Assembly: GCA_942492935.1 (NCBI GenBank)
Contig: OW818654.1
Location: forward strand, 3,301,113-3,365,112
Length of the DNA: 64,000 nucleotides
Direction: 5' to 3'
DNA from: an uncultured bacterium
GTDB taxonomy: Bacteria; Bacteroidota; Ignavibacteria; Kapaibacteriales; UBA2268
The translations under genes were made by a program, and so were the position numbers. The notes below the pieces were generated by a model. It was not told the DNA's origin and made no database searches. It saw nothing but the letters and a program-made list of their open reading frames with translations. Of this stretch, positions 50,606 to 61,763 are shown piece by piece. Every line of letters begins with the position of its first letter. The stretch's first letter is position 1.

Positions 50606-51256
50606 AATTATAAGAATTTTTTGTTATTAATTTAGTAAATTTATTCAATACTAATTTATTTATATTAACTCTAAATAATTGGGAATACTACCAAAAATAT
50701 GGAGTTGGACTTAAAGAAAAATTGTAATTTATTTTCAATTCGAAGACAAAGAACAAAAAAAATTTCAATACATTTTTTTTCCCAAAATTATATAATTTTA
50801 TTAAATAAAACAAAATTATTTATAGTTATTTTAGATTTTTTTTTCACTTAGAAAAGTTATATTTTTTAACACAAACGAAGTGGATTACGAAATACGATAA
50901 GCAAATTTCTCAGTAATTAAATTGGAAATCCAATAGTTTTTATCATTATTCATATTTGATAATTTATATTTGCCACCATCATACTTATTCTGTAAGTGTT
51001 TTGGATTGAGTTTCAAATAAATTCGTCCCTCTCCAAAAATCCGTTTTATAGTATTAACCTTTATTATTTTGCAATACTAATTACAGAAGATATAACTTTT
51101 TTACAATTTAAAATTAAAATTTTTTTTCGGAATATAATATACATTAGTGCTGATAAACACAATAAATAATGATGTGCTTTTTTTATAAAATTTAAAAATA
51201 TCAAAAAAAAAATTTAAAAATATTTAAAATAATAAAAAATTTATTTCGTGATTATG

Positions 51257-51283
51257 TTAGCACTCGTTACAAAAGAGTGCTAA
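51257..51283. promoter_or_regulatory. CIRCE element (HrcA operator)
   Basis: Perfect TTAGCACTC-N9-GAGTGCTAA, 53 bp upstream of groES. Confidence 0.97.
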
Positions 51284-51336
51284 TATTTTGAAATTTAAAT
51301 TTTTTTATTATTAATATAATTTTTTGAGAGGTTTAT

Positions 51337-51627
51337 ATGAATTTAACTCCTTTGCACGACAGAATTATCGTGAAAGCCGCAATGCCTGAAGAAGTAACTA
51401 AAGGCGGAATTATCATCCCTGATACAGCAAAAGAAAAACCAATGCAAGGCGAAGTGATTGCAGTTGGTAATGGCAAAGTTGCTGAAAACGGCAATGTAAC
51501 TCCATTGCAAGTTAAAGTTGGCGACAAAGTATTATATGGAAAATACTCAGGTACAGAAGTTGCAATCGAAGGCGATGAATATTTGATTATGCGCGAAAGC
51601 GATGTTTATGCAATAATTAACAAGTAA
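51337..51627 (+). CDS. groES: co-chaperonin GroES
   Basis: [37 protein letters not shown]. Confidence 0.98.
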   Translation: MNLTPLHDRIIVKAAMPEEVTKGGIIIPDTAKEKPMQGEVIAVGNGKVAENGNVTPLQVKVGDKVLYGKYSGTEVAIEGDEYLIMRESDVYAIINK

Positions 51628-51632
51628 TTTAA

Positions 51633-53297
<1,665 letters not shown>

Positions 53298-53342
53298 TCA
53301 ATTAAAAATTACGAATTTCAAATTACGTAATATGAAAATTAA

Positions 53343-53384
53343 TAATCCCTGCTATGAAAATGGCAGGGATTTTTTTAGTTTTAG
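53343..53384. terminator. AATCCCTGC hairpin, copy 1 (after groEL)
   Basis: TAATCCCTGCTAT-GAAA-ATGGCAGGGATT followed by TTTTTAGTTTTAG. Confidence 0.85.
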
Positions 53385-53473
53385 TACCTAAGTTCAAATA
53401 TAATTGATTACGTTTCGTTTGTAAATTCTGTTTGTGAAGTGAAAATTGTTGAATGATTATTATAAATCTAACT

Positions 53474-53782
53474 ATGCAAAATATAATCGAAGTAAATAAT
53501 GAAAAGATACAAGAATATTGCAAACTATTAGATATCAATAAGATGTATATTTTTGGTTCTGCAGTTTCTGATAAATTCAACAATAATAGTGATATTGATT
53601 TTTTGATTTCATTTAAAGATAGTATTAGTATTGAAGATTATACTGATAATTACTTCGATTTGCATTATAAATTGAGCGATTTATTTGGAAGGAAAATTGA
53701 TTTAATTACTGAAAATAGTTTATCCAATCCATATTTCATTGAAAGTATCAACGAAACTAAAGAGTTGATTTATGAATCGTGA
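53474..53782 (+). CDS. minimal nucleotidyltransferase (MNT) antitoxin-like
   Basis: IFGSAV, SDIDFL, RKIDL, NPYF motifs. Confidence 0.85.
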   Translation: MQNIIEVNNEKIQEYCKLLDINKMYIFGSAVSDKFNNNSDIDFLISFKDSISIEDYTDNYFDLHYKLSDLFGRKIDLITENSLSNPYFIESINETKELIYES

Positions 53783-54275
53783 CATTAAAAAAATGAATAG
53801 AAAACTACATATATTATTTTTAATAGGAACAATTATAATTACTCTTAATCCGACAAGAAGTTATGCCCATATGTCCGAGGAAATTGTTCCATTTGTGTTT
53901 AATGGATTTGTTGGTTATCAGTATGGCATTGGTACAAATGGTTACATATTGAGTGGTTTTGATGCAAACTTGGTTTTGATGGTTTTAAATGGCGGGTATT
54001 CAAATAAAATAGATTTTGGTTCAAATGCATATATTGGCATCGGCTATGCATCAATACTTCAAATACAATATGGTTTTGCATATTCACAAAAAAAAGACTT
54101 GTTGAGACTTAGGTCAGATTTACCCATGCACCTTTTGGGGACTAAAGGAATTTGGAGAACTTTGTCAATTGGACTATATTGGGAAAAACGGTTTAATGAT
54201 GCGGATTATTCCAATAATTTTGGATTTAGTTTATCTATAGGAATTATGAATCTTATTTGGAATCCAGAAAAGTAA
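53772..54275 (+). CDS. hypothetical exported beta-rich protein preceded by a 7-codon HEPN-like stub
   Basis: MNRDIKK followed by a second ATG (53793), a signal peptide and amphipathic beta strands. Confidence 0.55.
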   Translation: MNRDIKKMNRKLHILFLIGTIIITLNPTRSYAHMSEEIVPFVFNGFVGYQYGIGTNGYILSGFDANLVLMVLNGGYSNKIDFGSNAYIGIGYASILQIQYGFAYSQKKDLLRLRSDLPMHLLGTKGIWRTLSIGLYWEKRFNDADYSNNFGFSLSIGIMNLIWNPEK

Positions 54276-54340
54276 TAATAATAAATGTAATTTAATCATT
54301 TAATATTTGCAAAAATTAAAAATTAAAGGGCTTGAATAAT

Positions 54341-54586
54341 ATGCTACGTCCAACTGCTATAGAAGTTAAACCTTGTGATAACTATCAATTACTTATCAAA
54401 TTTGATAATAATGAAACTCGTTTATTTGATGTTGAAAAACTATTAGAAAAACCACCTTTTAAACCATTAAAATCAAAATCATTATTCGAAACTGTTCATA
54501 CTAATGGTATAACTATTGAATGGCAAAATGATATTGATATATGTCCAGATGAATTGTATTATAATAGCAAACTTGTTTCAAATTAA
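54341..54586 (+). CDS. DUF2442-family protein (orphan)
   Basis: VKPCDNYQLLIKFDN...FDV...F..V...G.TIEW.NDIDICPDELY. Confidence 0.85.
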   Translation: MLRPTAIEVKPCDNYQLLIKFDNNETRLFDVEKLLEKPPFKPLKSKSLFETVHTNGITIEWQNDIDICPDELYYNSKLVSN

Positions 54587-54624
54587 TCCCTGCTATGAAA
54601 ATGGTAGGGATTTTTTAGTTTTAG
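54584..54624. terminator. AATCCCTGC hairpin, copy 2
   Basis: Matches copy 1 except for one substitution and one fewer T; begins at the DUF2442 stop codon. Confidence 0.85.
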
Positions 54625-54686
54625 GAAATTTGAAAAAATAATTTTAAGTTTATATTGTCATTTATGTTTTAATTAAAGGAAAATCA

Positions 54687-54917
54687 ATGATTGCACTGCA
54701 AGGGATATATAGAAATGGGGAGATTGAACTCGAACAGAAAATAATAAGCAATTATCCAATTAAAGTTATAGTTACTTTTTTAGTTGATGAATCAAAAAGT
54801 GAAAATACAATATTGAATATTAATGATTTTTCTTTTCTTGAATCAAGAAGAAAAACACTTGAATTTAAGGGTAATATATCAGATGCAATCATAGAAGAAA
54901 GAAGAGATGAACAATGA
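54687..54917 (+). CDS. putative antitoxin (AF2212/DUF104-like)
   Basis: GIYRNGEIEL...V.VTF; C-terminal ISDAIIEERR; ATGA overlap with the PIN gene. Confidence 0.7.
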   Translation: MIALQGIYRNGEIELEQKIISNYPIKVIVTFLVDESKSENTILNINDFSFLESRRKTLEFKGNISDAIIEERRDEQ

Positions 54918-55342
54918 AAATATTTATTGATACATCATCTTTGATTAAATTATATCATTATGAAGTTGATACTGATAGAATTGATGCATTGCTTAGAGAA
55001 AATCCAATTTCAGAAATCTATTTATCTGAATTAGCAAAAGTTGAATTTTTTTCAGCAATTTGGAAAAAGGTTAGAACAAAAGATCTAAGCGAGATTCATG
55101 CAATTTATTTAATTAATGCCTTTAAAACAGACTTTTCAAAGTTTTCTTTTATTAAAGTACAAAAAGATTTAATTGAAAATGCAACAAAACTAATCGTTCA
55201 ATATGGAAAATTAGGTTTAAGAACTTTAGATTCAATTCAGTTAGCATCAATCCTTTCTGTTAAAGAACATGTATCTTTTGTATTAACTTCTGATATTTTA
55301 TTGAAAAATATAGTTGAAAGAGAAAATATTTATACAAAATAA
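54914..55342 (+). CDS. PIN-domain (VapC-like) toxin
   Basis: FIDTSSLIK, LAKVEF, LRTLDSIQLAS, TSD. Confidence 0.88.
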   Translation: MKIFIDTSSLIKLYHYEVDTDRIDALLRENPISEIYLSELAKVEFFSAIWKKVRTKDLSEIHAIYLINAFKTDFSKFSFIKVQKDLIENATKLIVQYGKLGLRTLDSIQLASILSVKEHVSFVLTSDILLKNIVERENIYTK

Positions 55343-55370
55343 TTAGGATAGTAATTTTTTGTCTTGTCAA

Positions 55371-55400
55371 AAATCCCTGCTATAAAAATGGCAGGGATTT
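55371..55400. terminator. AATCCCTGC hairpin, copy 3
   Basis: AAATCCCTGCTAT-AAAA-ATGGCAGGGATTT. Confidence 0.8.
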
Positions 55401-55497
55401 ATATTGTAATCAAAAAAAGGCAAAATCTAATAAAATTGACTTAATTTCGTTTTAGCTATTTAGTCAATGTAATTGTATTTTTATTTGGAATTGATTT

Positions 55498-56127
55498 ATG
55501 AAATGGTTAAAAGTTTTGATTTATATTTCTGCAATTGCAGTAATTTCCTTATCTCACCAAAGTTGTAATATTATCAAGCAAGTTTCACAAACAATTTCTA
55601 ATTTACAGAAATTAGAATACAAAATTGAAAATGTTACGAACTTTAGAGTTGCAAATATTAACGTTCAAAATATATCAAGTTTGAAAGATTTTTCTATTAC
55701 AGATGGTTTAAAACTTGCAAACGCTTATGCCACAAAAAGTTTTCCAGCTGATTTTGTATTAAATCTTAATGCAAAAAATCCAAATACAGGTTCAAACAAC
55801 ACTACAGCTACCTCCGCTACAATTGCTAAACTTGATTACAGATTGATTCTTGATGAAAAACCAACGATAAGTGGTGATATTTCTTCTCCAATAACAGTTC
55901 CCGGCACAGGTCAATCAATCAATATACCATTGAATATGAATCTTGATTTGTATAAATTTTTTGGTGATAGGGGTTACGAAAGTGTAATTAATTTGGCACT
56001 TTCGCTTGGTGGATTGAATGCTAATCCAACAAAGGTTAAATTAGATATTAAGCCGACTGTAAATACTTCTATTGGTCCAATTTCTTATCCAAACAGAATT
56101 ACTGTAATTGATAAAGAATGGAGATAA
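55498..56127 (+). CDS. LEA_2/WHy-like lipoprotein
   Basis: Lipobox HQSC; L.AKNPN, LDY.L.LD, VPG...IPL pattern. Confidence 0.6.
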   Translation: MKWLKVLIYISAIAVISLSHQSCNIIKQVSQTISNLQKLEYKIENVTNFRVANINVQNISSLKDFSITDGLKLANAYATKSFPADFVLNLNAKNPNTGSNNTTATSATIAKLDYRLILDEKPTISGDISSPITVPGTGQSINIPLNMNLDLYKFFGDRGYESVINLALSLGGLNANPTKVKLDIKPTVNTSIGPISYPNRITVIDKEWR

Positions 56128-56176
56128 ATTTAGATGGTTAATATGGGGTAAGTTTATTAATCTAAATTTTTAAACA

Positions 56177-56749
56177 ATGGAACAAAATTATTTCGAAAAT
56201 GACATTTTTGAAAATATTGATTTTAAAGAAAATTGTTTTCAAAAAGGGGAATATGAAAATTGCACTTTTGATAGGTGTGATGTTTCAAATGTTAATCTCT
56301 CAGAAATCAAATTTGTAGATTGTATTTTCAACAATTGCAATCTAAGTTTGGCAAATATTTATTTAGCCGTTTTTAATAATGTAATATTTAATAATTGTAA
56401 ATTATTTGGATTGGATTTTAGTAAAATAAATGAATTTGGTTTAACATTTACTTTTAATAATTGTGCATTAAATTTCTCTTCTTTTTATAGACTTAAGTTA
56501 AAAAATACTATGTTCTCAAACTCACAATTAAATGAAGTTGATTTTACTCAATGTGATTTAACAAATTCTGTATTCGATAATTGTAATTTTGATAGAGCAA
56601 CTTTCAATCAAACAATTTTATTAAAAGCTGATTTACGTAGTTCATCAAACTATACAATAGACCCCGAAAAAAATCAAATCAAAGGTGCAAAATTTTCAAT
56701 ATATGGAGCTGTTGGACTTCTATCAAAGTATGATATTAAAATTGAGTAA
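56177..56749 (+). CDS. pentapeptide-repeat protein (MfpA/Qnr-like fold)
   Basis: Continuous (C/A)(D/N)(L/F)xx pentapeptides. Confidence 0.9.
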   Translation: MEQNYFENDIFENIDFKENCFQKGEYENCTFDRCDVSNVNLSEIKFVDCIFNNCNLSLANIYLAVFNNVIFNNCKLFGLDFSKINEFGLTFTFNNCALNFSSFYRLKLKNTMFSNSQLNEVDFTQCDLTNSVFDNCNFDRATFNQTILLKADLRSSSNYTIDPEKNQIKGAKFSIYGAVGLLSKYDIKIE

Positions 56750-56830
56750 ATTTTAAAGTTGGTTATAATTAAGACTTTATATCAACTAAGCCGTTTAAAA
56801 TTAATTTAAATTTATAACTCTTATCATATT

Positions 56831-57097
56831 AATTCCTTGGATTCCGATAAGGAAGAAGTATTAGTAAAAAATTATTTCGACACTTCGACAAGCTCAGTGC
56901 AACGCAAGATTAAAGACCAGCTTGTTACGAACAATACTAGCGGGCTTACATATTTGTAACTTAGTGATTGCCGATAAGTCTAACAATCAAAGATTGATTG
57001 TATTGCTAAATTACATATTCAACACCTATGTTGTTGTTGGACTTTTGGGCGATTCTTGTGTTACATACAGTTAATCGCGCTGGGATTTTCAAGGATT
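56831..57097. repeat. composite MITE/REP-like element related to 1809-2036
   Basis: Ends AATTCCTTGG/TCAAGGATTT; contains the 32-nt CTTCGACAAGCTCAGTG unit and the ATTCAACACCTA...TGTTACA...TTCAAGGA module. Confidence 0.65.
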
Positions 57098-57257
57098 TTA
57101 TATTTATCTTTTGATACAATTTAGAATGAAGTTAATAAATATGCAAAAAACGTATTTGAAACCTTTGTATAAAAAAATGATTCCGAACTTCGTATTAGAA
57201 ATTTATTGTGTTTATTTTCCCTTATTTTTCAGTCATCTATGAATTTAATATAAAAAA

Positions 57258-57281
57258 AATCCTCTTGTAGTCAAGAGGATT
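57258..57281 (-). terminator. intrinsic terminator of the cytochrome gene
   Basis: AATCCTCTTG-TAGT-CAAGAGGATT with an A-run on the left, which is the U-tail on the minus strand. Confidence 0.75.
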
Positions 57282-57309
57282 AAGATTAGAATACTTGTTG
57301 AATAATCTT

Positions 57310-60129
57310 TTATTTGTACAAATACAACATTGAATAAATAATGAATACTACAACGCATAAACCAGTTGTCAATGCAGCCCAACCAAAAACTTTTACTAAT
57401 CTTTCATAAGATTTTGATGGAGGAGGTACAATCAATTTTTCTAATTTGCCACTTTCAACTAATTTTTGATATTCAACAGGTCTATCGTGTTTAAATTCTT
57501 CTAAAGAATAACTACCAGTGAATACTACTGTATCCATAGGGAATTTTTCAGGTCTAAAATGAGTATTAAAGAAATGTACAGTAAAGATAAAGCCAGCAGC
57601 AAGTAATGCTTCATCACTGTGAATAATAGTAGCGATATTCAAAAATTCACCTGGAATAATTTTGGTAAAGAATGATGGGAACCATAATGAAAATCCAGTT
57701 GAACCAATAATAAAAATACCCCAAAATACTGCAAAGTAGTCAAATTTTTCCCAGTATGTCCATCTACCATATTGCGGTTGAGGACCTTTCCCTATAAACC
57801 ATAAAATTGACGCTTTTGCATCTTGAGCATCTTTCAAATTTGGTACTAAAGAATCAGGACCAAACAACATATTCTTCCAAGAGCCAAACTCTTCTTTTTT
57901 TACTCTAAATAAATCAAAAATATGAACTATAAAAATTCCCATCAAAAATGCTGCAGCTATTCTGTGAAATATTCCAGCTCCTTCTGCTCCACCATAAATG
58001 ACAACGATTGTCTGTGCTATCTCAGTATATGAGAATTTCAATAACATTCCAGTAACCGCAAGTGTAAGGAAACTACAAATCATAATAATATGCAAAGCTC
58101 TGTTTAATGGAGTAAATCTCATAACACGTTTATCATTTGGATGATTTGCTTCAATCAATTTCATTGTTTTACGCATTTGAATTGAACGAGGTAACCAAAG
58201 CAATGTATGGAGCCAACTAATCAAAAATGTTCCAATTAACAATGAAGTCATACCCCAAAAAGCATAGAACAAAAATGGATACTTCTCAGGGTCGTGATGA
58301 GTGGCGTGTGTTAGATAACCTGCAAATCTTCTATTAGCATTTGGATGGCATTTTTGACAAGTTGCAACAACATTTTCACGAGAAAGGTGTGATTCTGGAT
58401 TATCAACTGGTAATATATCATGTGCACCATGGCAGTCATAACATTTAGCTGCCTTTTGAGAGCCAAGTTGCGAAACTTTTCCATGATAAGTGTCGAAGTA
58501 TGTTTTGGTAATTTTCTCATGACATTTGCCACAAGTCTTCATAATATCCATTCTGAAGTGATTATCACTTGCTCCTTTAATTGAATGGGCTGAGTGACAA
58601 TCTTTACAAGTAGGCAATCTTTCCTTTGAAGTAGAAACAAATTTCGAGTGAATTGATTTATCAAATTGCTTCTCAATACCGTAATGGCATTTACCGCAAG
58701 TGTGTGCGATATTATCTGGATTAGTACTTGAAGTTTTATCTTTATGATGTCTTTCACTATGTGCTGTATGGCAATCAGCACAAGTAGCTGTTACAGTTAA
58801 TCCGCTTTTAGTTAATCCCTTTCCATGAATACTTTCAGAATATTGACTAACGAGATTCTTAGGTGCATCTTTAATTCTCATTGCAATTTTTTTGCCATCC
58901 ATGTGGCAACTTGAACATAGCTTTGGTATATTAGATGGGAATATAGTGGATTCAGGATTCTTTTTTGCTAAAACTTCGTGTGAACCATGGCAGGTCTTAC
59001 AATCAGGTGCATCTTTATCCTTTAAAGCGTGAAGCTCACCGTGCATACTTTTGTCATAATTCTTCTTAACATTTTCATGACAAGAGCCACAATTAACTTT
59101 AGTTTGAATACTTTCGCATGGTCTTTTGCTTGAAGGCATCACATCAGTATGACATTGACTACAAGCTGTTTTTGAGTGAACAGAATGATTAATATTTCTT
59201 GTATCGACAAATAATGACCTGCCATCGCTACTTGCTTTTATATCTTGTCTTTGATGACATTTCAAACATTCATCATTTGCAAGTCCCATAGCATAATATA
59301 CTTTACGAATTTTGTGTGGTTGATGACAATCAACACAAGCAGGCAAAATGTGAGCTTCTTTTTCCCATTTCTGACCATTGATAACTTTTTGATGTACTTC
59401 TTCAATTCTTGCATGGCACTTTGTACATGTTTTTGCAATATTTCCTCTGGAAATTGATGAACGATTGTCGGTATGTGGAAGAATTAAATGTGCTGAGTGG
59501 CAAGAAGCACAAGTTGCAGTTACTACTAAACCTTTATGTAATAAACCATATCCGTGAATTGACTCAGTATAATTTTCTAATATATGTGTTTGTGGTATAT
59601 TTCTTTGCAATTGAACTGGAGAACCTTCCTGATGGCATCTTCCACATAAGTAAGGTATTTTTATTGGCGAAACAGGAGAATTAGGGTCGTTTACTTTTGT
59701 AATTTCGTGGCTTCCATGGCAACTCTGGCAACTTGGTGCTAATGGGTCGCCCTTTTTACTTGCTTGACCATGCAGCCCAATATCATAATTTTTTTGTGCT
59801 TCTTGATGACATTTACCGCACTTTGCTTTAGGTAAATCATCTTCGTGTGGAAGGTCGGCATCTTTTAAATCAACATGGCAATCAATACATGCTGCTCCAT
59901 AGTGGGTTGATGCTTTTAGTTTTTTTTCACTCACAAAGACTGATATTGTTTTTCCATTTTTTTTGCCTTTTAGTGATGTATCTTCGTGGCAAGCATAACA
60001 ATCACTATTATCGGGTTCCTTTTGTTGAGCAGCGATTGTAGTATTTAATATTATATAAGAAAACCCTGCAATAGCTAAAATAATTGTGGAATAAAATGCT
60101 ATCCGATTATTACCCTTAGCATTAATCAT
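57310..60129 (-). CDS. 19-heme c-type cytochrome fused to a membrane cytochrome b (CbcL/FdnI-like)
   Basis: 19 CxxCH counted; C-terminal TM helices with His (RALH, IFH, IIH, VH..TH) and RWTYWEKFDYFAVFWG; ATG at 60129 precedes the signal peptide (track start 60270). Confidence 0.88.
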   Translation of the reverse strand: MINAKGNNRIAFYSTIILAIAGFSYIILNTTIAAQQKEPDNSDCYACHEDTSLKGKKNGKTISVFVSEKKLKASTHYGAACIDCHVDLKDADLPHEDDLPKAKCGKCHQEAQKNYDIGLHGQASKKGDPLAPSCQSCHGSHEITKVNDPNSPVSPIKIPYLCGRCHQEGSPVQLQRNIPQTHILENYTESIHGYGLLHKGLVVTATCASCHSAHLILPHTDNRSSISRGNIAKTCTKCHARIEEVHQKVINGQKWEKEAHILPACVDCHQPHKIRKVYYAMGLANDECLKCHQRQDIKASSDGRSLFVDTRNINHSVHSKTACSQCHTDVMPSSKRPCESIQTKVNCGSCHENVKKNYDKSMHGELHALKDKDAPDCKTCHGSHEVLAKKNPESTIFPSNIPKLCSSCHMDGKKIAMRIKDAPKNLVSQYSESIHGKGLTKSGLTVTATCADCHTAHSERHHKDKTSSTNPDNIAHTCGKCHYGIEKQFDKSIHSKFVSTSKERLPTCKDCHSAHSIKGASDNHFRMDIMKTCGKCHEKITKTYFDTYHGKVSQLGSQKAAKCYDCHGAHDILPVDNPESHLSRENVVATCQKCHPNANRRFAGYLTHATHHDPEKYPFLFYAFWGMTSLLIGTFLISWLHTLLWLPRSIQMRKTMKLIEANHPNDKRVMRFTPLNRALHIIMICSFLTLAVTGMLLKFSYTEIAQTIVVIYGGAEGAGIFHRIAAAFLMGIFIVHIFDLFRVKKEEFGSWKNMLFGPDSLVPNLKDAQDAKASILWFIGKGPQPQYGRWTYWEKFDYFAVFWGIFIIGSTGFSLWFPSFFTKIIPGEFLNIATIIHSDEALLAAGFIFTVHFFNTHFRPEKFPMDTVVFTGSYSLEEFKHDRPVEYQKLVESGKLEKLIVPPPSKSYERLVKVFGWAALTTGLCVVVFIIYSMLYLYK

Positions 60130-60453
60130 AAATTCTTTGATTTTTAAATTCATCAGTTTTATTTTGTGAGAATTAAAATCAAATGACTTATTGATTTTTA
60201 GATAATCTAAAACATTTTGTAAATGGTTAAATATTTTCATCAAAAGCTCCATATTAAATACAACATTCAATCGTTTGAGTAATTCATAGTCAAAAAAAGA
60301 TTTAAAAATTAATCAAACATTTAAATACATTTCTTAACAATTATAAAATTAAGAAATTTTATAATTACAAACAATACTTTTTATAAAAATATTTTTTATT
60401 GCTATAAACTATAAATTATATGCTTGATACATCACATTATTAGAATAAATTTA

Positions 60454-61689
60454 CTAAATATCGTTACGTTTAAATGCAATAAGAATATGACTGATAGCAA
60501 TTAATTCAATCCATTCAATATCAAGTTTAAATCTGATGTTTGCAACTAAAGTAAGTGCATAAATCATTGTGAAATAGAGTAATATGGTAACAAAAATAAC
60601 TGCTATCTTTTTATCAATTTTAAATAATAGAATCAAACTAATTAAAAATAGGAGATTCAATATCAAAACAGGTAATTTTCTAACTATTAAAAATTTTAAA
60701 CTTGAATCTGAAAAATATCTTGGCGGTATCCACCAATAAAGGTATGCCTGATAGATAGTTTTTTCTAAATAAAGATATGGTTCATTATTTATTAATTTTA
60801 AAGCTATTGGTTTGAAGTATGGGTCGAGCAAAACATCATTTTTAATTGCTTTAAGTGAATCGATATAATTTTTGTCTTTATCACTAACAATGTCATATTT
60901 CGGGTTTTTGTGATGTTGGTATAGAAATCCTTCATAAATATTTCCATAATGTGATTTTGCTGGAATGAATTGATTAAAAGCTATATAATTTCTAATTATC
61001 CAAGGTGATAAAACAATTGAAAAACAAACAATAAATAAAATCATATCCTTATAATTGCTTTTATAAAATTTATATCCTAAATAAATATAAAATGATATAA
61101 TAACAGGCATTGCAACTGGTTGTGTTAAATATACTATTCCACTAATAATTCCATTAATAATAACAATTTTTGTTATATTCTTATTATTTATTAAAGCTGT
61201 TTTTAAATCCATATAAAAAATAAACCAAATAATTGCAATTGGAATAAAAATATTCGTAACTTCAATTACCATTGGATAATAAAAATATGATGGGTGAAAC
61301 AAGAAAAGCAAACCGGCAATTCTAAATTGTAATTTATACGCTCTATTACTTAATAAAAATAACAAAAGAGGTACTAATCCAATCAATATATGTTGAGTAA
61401 ATACTATCCAAAATTTTGCATCGCTACCAAATATCTTAAGGAAAGAAGCCAAAAATAATGGATATACTGGAACTTTCATAGCAGTTGGACCTAATTCAGG
61501 TATTATTGAATAGCCATTTCCAATAACTAAATTCTTCGCAATCTTAAAATCTTCTACTGAATTAAAATCCCCATTGTAATTGAAAAGAAAAATCAATCTA
61601 AACAAAATAAAAAACAGACAAATAATTGTCATTTTAAATAAATTTAGACTTTCAACCCAAAGTAAACATTTCTCAGTAAAAATTTTCAT
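60454..61689 (-). CDS. GT-C (ArnT/PMT-like) membrane glycosyltransferase
   Basis: A.NL..G.GY, P.YPLFLA, PW.IRNY motifs; multiple TM segments. Confidence 0.7.
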   Translation of the reverse strand: MKIFTEKCLLWVESLNLFKMTIICLFFILFRLIFLFNYNGDFNSVEDFKIAKNLVIGNGYSIIPELGPTAMKVPVYPLFLASFLKIFGSDAKFWIVFTQHILIGLVPLLLFLLSNRAYKLQFRIAGLLFLFHPSYFYYPMVIEVTNIFIPIAIIWFIFYMDLKTALINNKNITKIVIINGIISGIVYLTQPVAMPVIISFYIYLGYKFYKSNYKDMILFIVCFSIVLSPWIIRNYIAFNQFIPAKSHYGNIYEGFLYQHHKNPKYDIVSDKDKNYIDSLKAIKNDVLLDPYFKPIALKLINNEPYLYLEKTIYQAYLYWWIPPRYFSDSSLKFLIVRKLPVLILNLLFLISLILLFKIDKKIAVIFVTILLYFTMIYALTLVANIRFKLDIEWIELIAISHILIAFKRNDI

Positions 61690-61707
61690 ATATCAACTTG
61701 TATTTAA

Positions 61708-61745
61708 AATAGAAATATCCGATATTACTATCGGATATTTCTATT
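61708..61745 (-). terminator. hairpin after nuoN
   Basis: Perfect 17-bp IR AATAGAAATATCCGATA/TATCGGATATTTCTATT with a 4-nt loop. Confidence 0.7.
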
Positions 61746-61763
61746 AAATTATTCAATAATAAT

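Noticed and set aside
50885-51076. 64-codon open frame on the minus strand upstream of the protease gene
   Set aside because: No ATG/GTG start near its 5' end and no recognisable motif; it may be a remnant but is unsupported.
53343-55400. Classical integron with attC sites
   Set aside because: The hairpins lack RYYYAAC/GTTRRRY ends and extrahelical-base geometry, and there is no intI. Kept only as an integron-like analogy in the findings.
56177-56749. qnr quinolone-resistance gene
   Set aside because: The pentapeptide fold is clear, but family-level assignment and resistance cannot be inferred without alignment.
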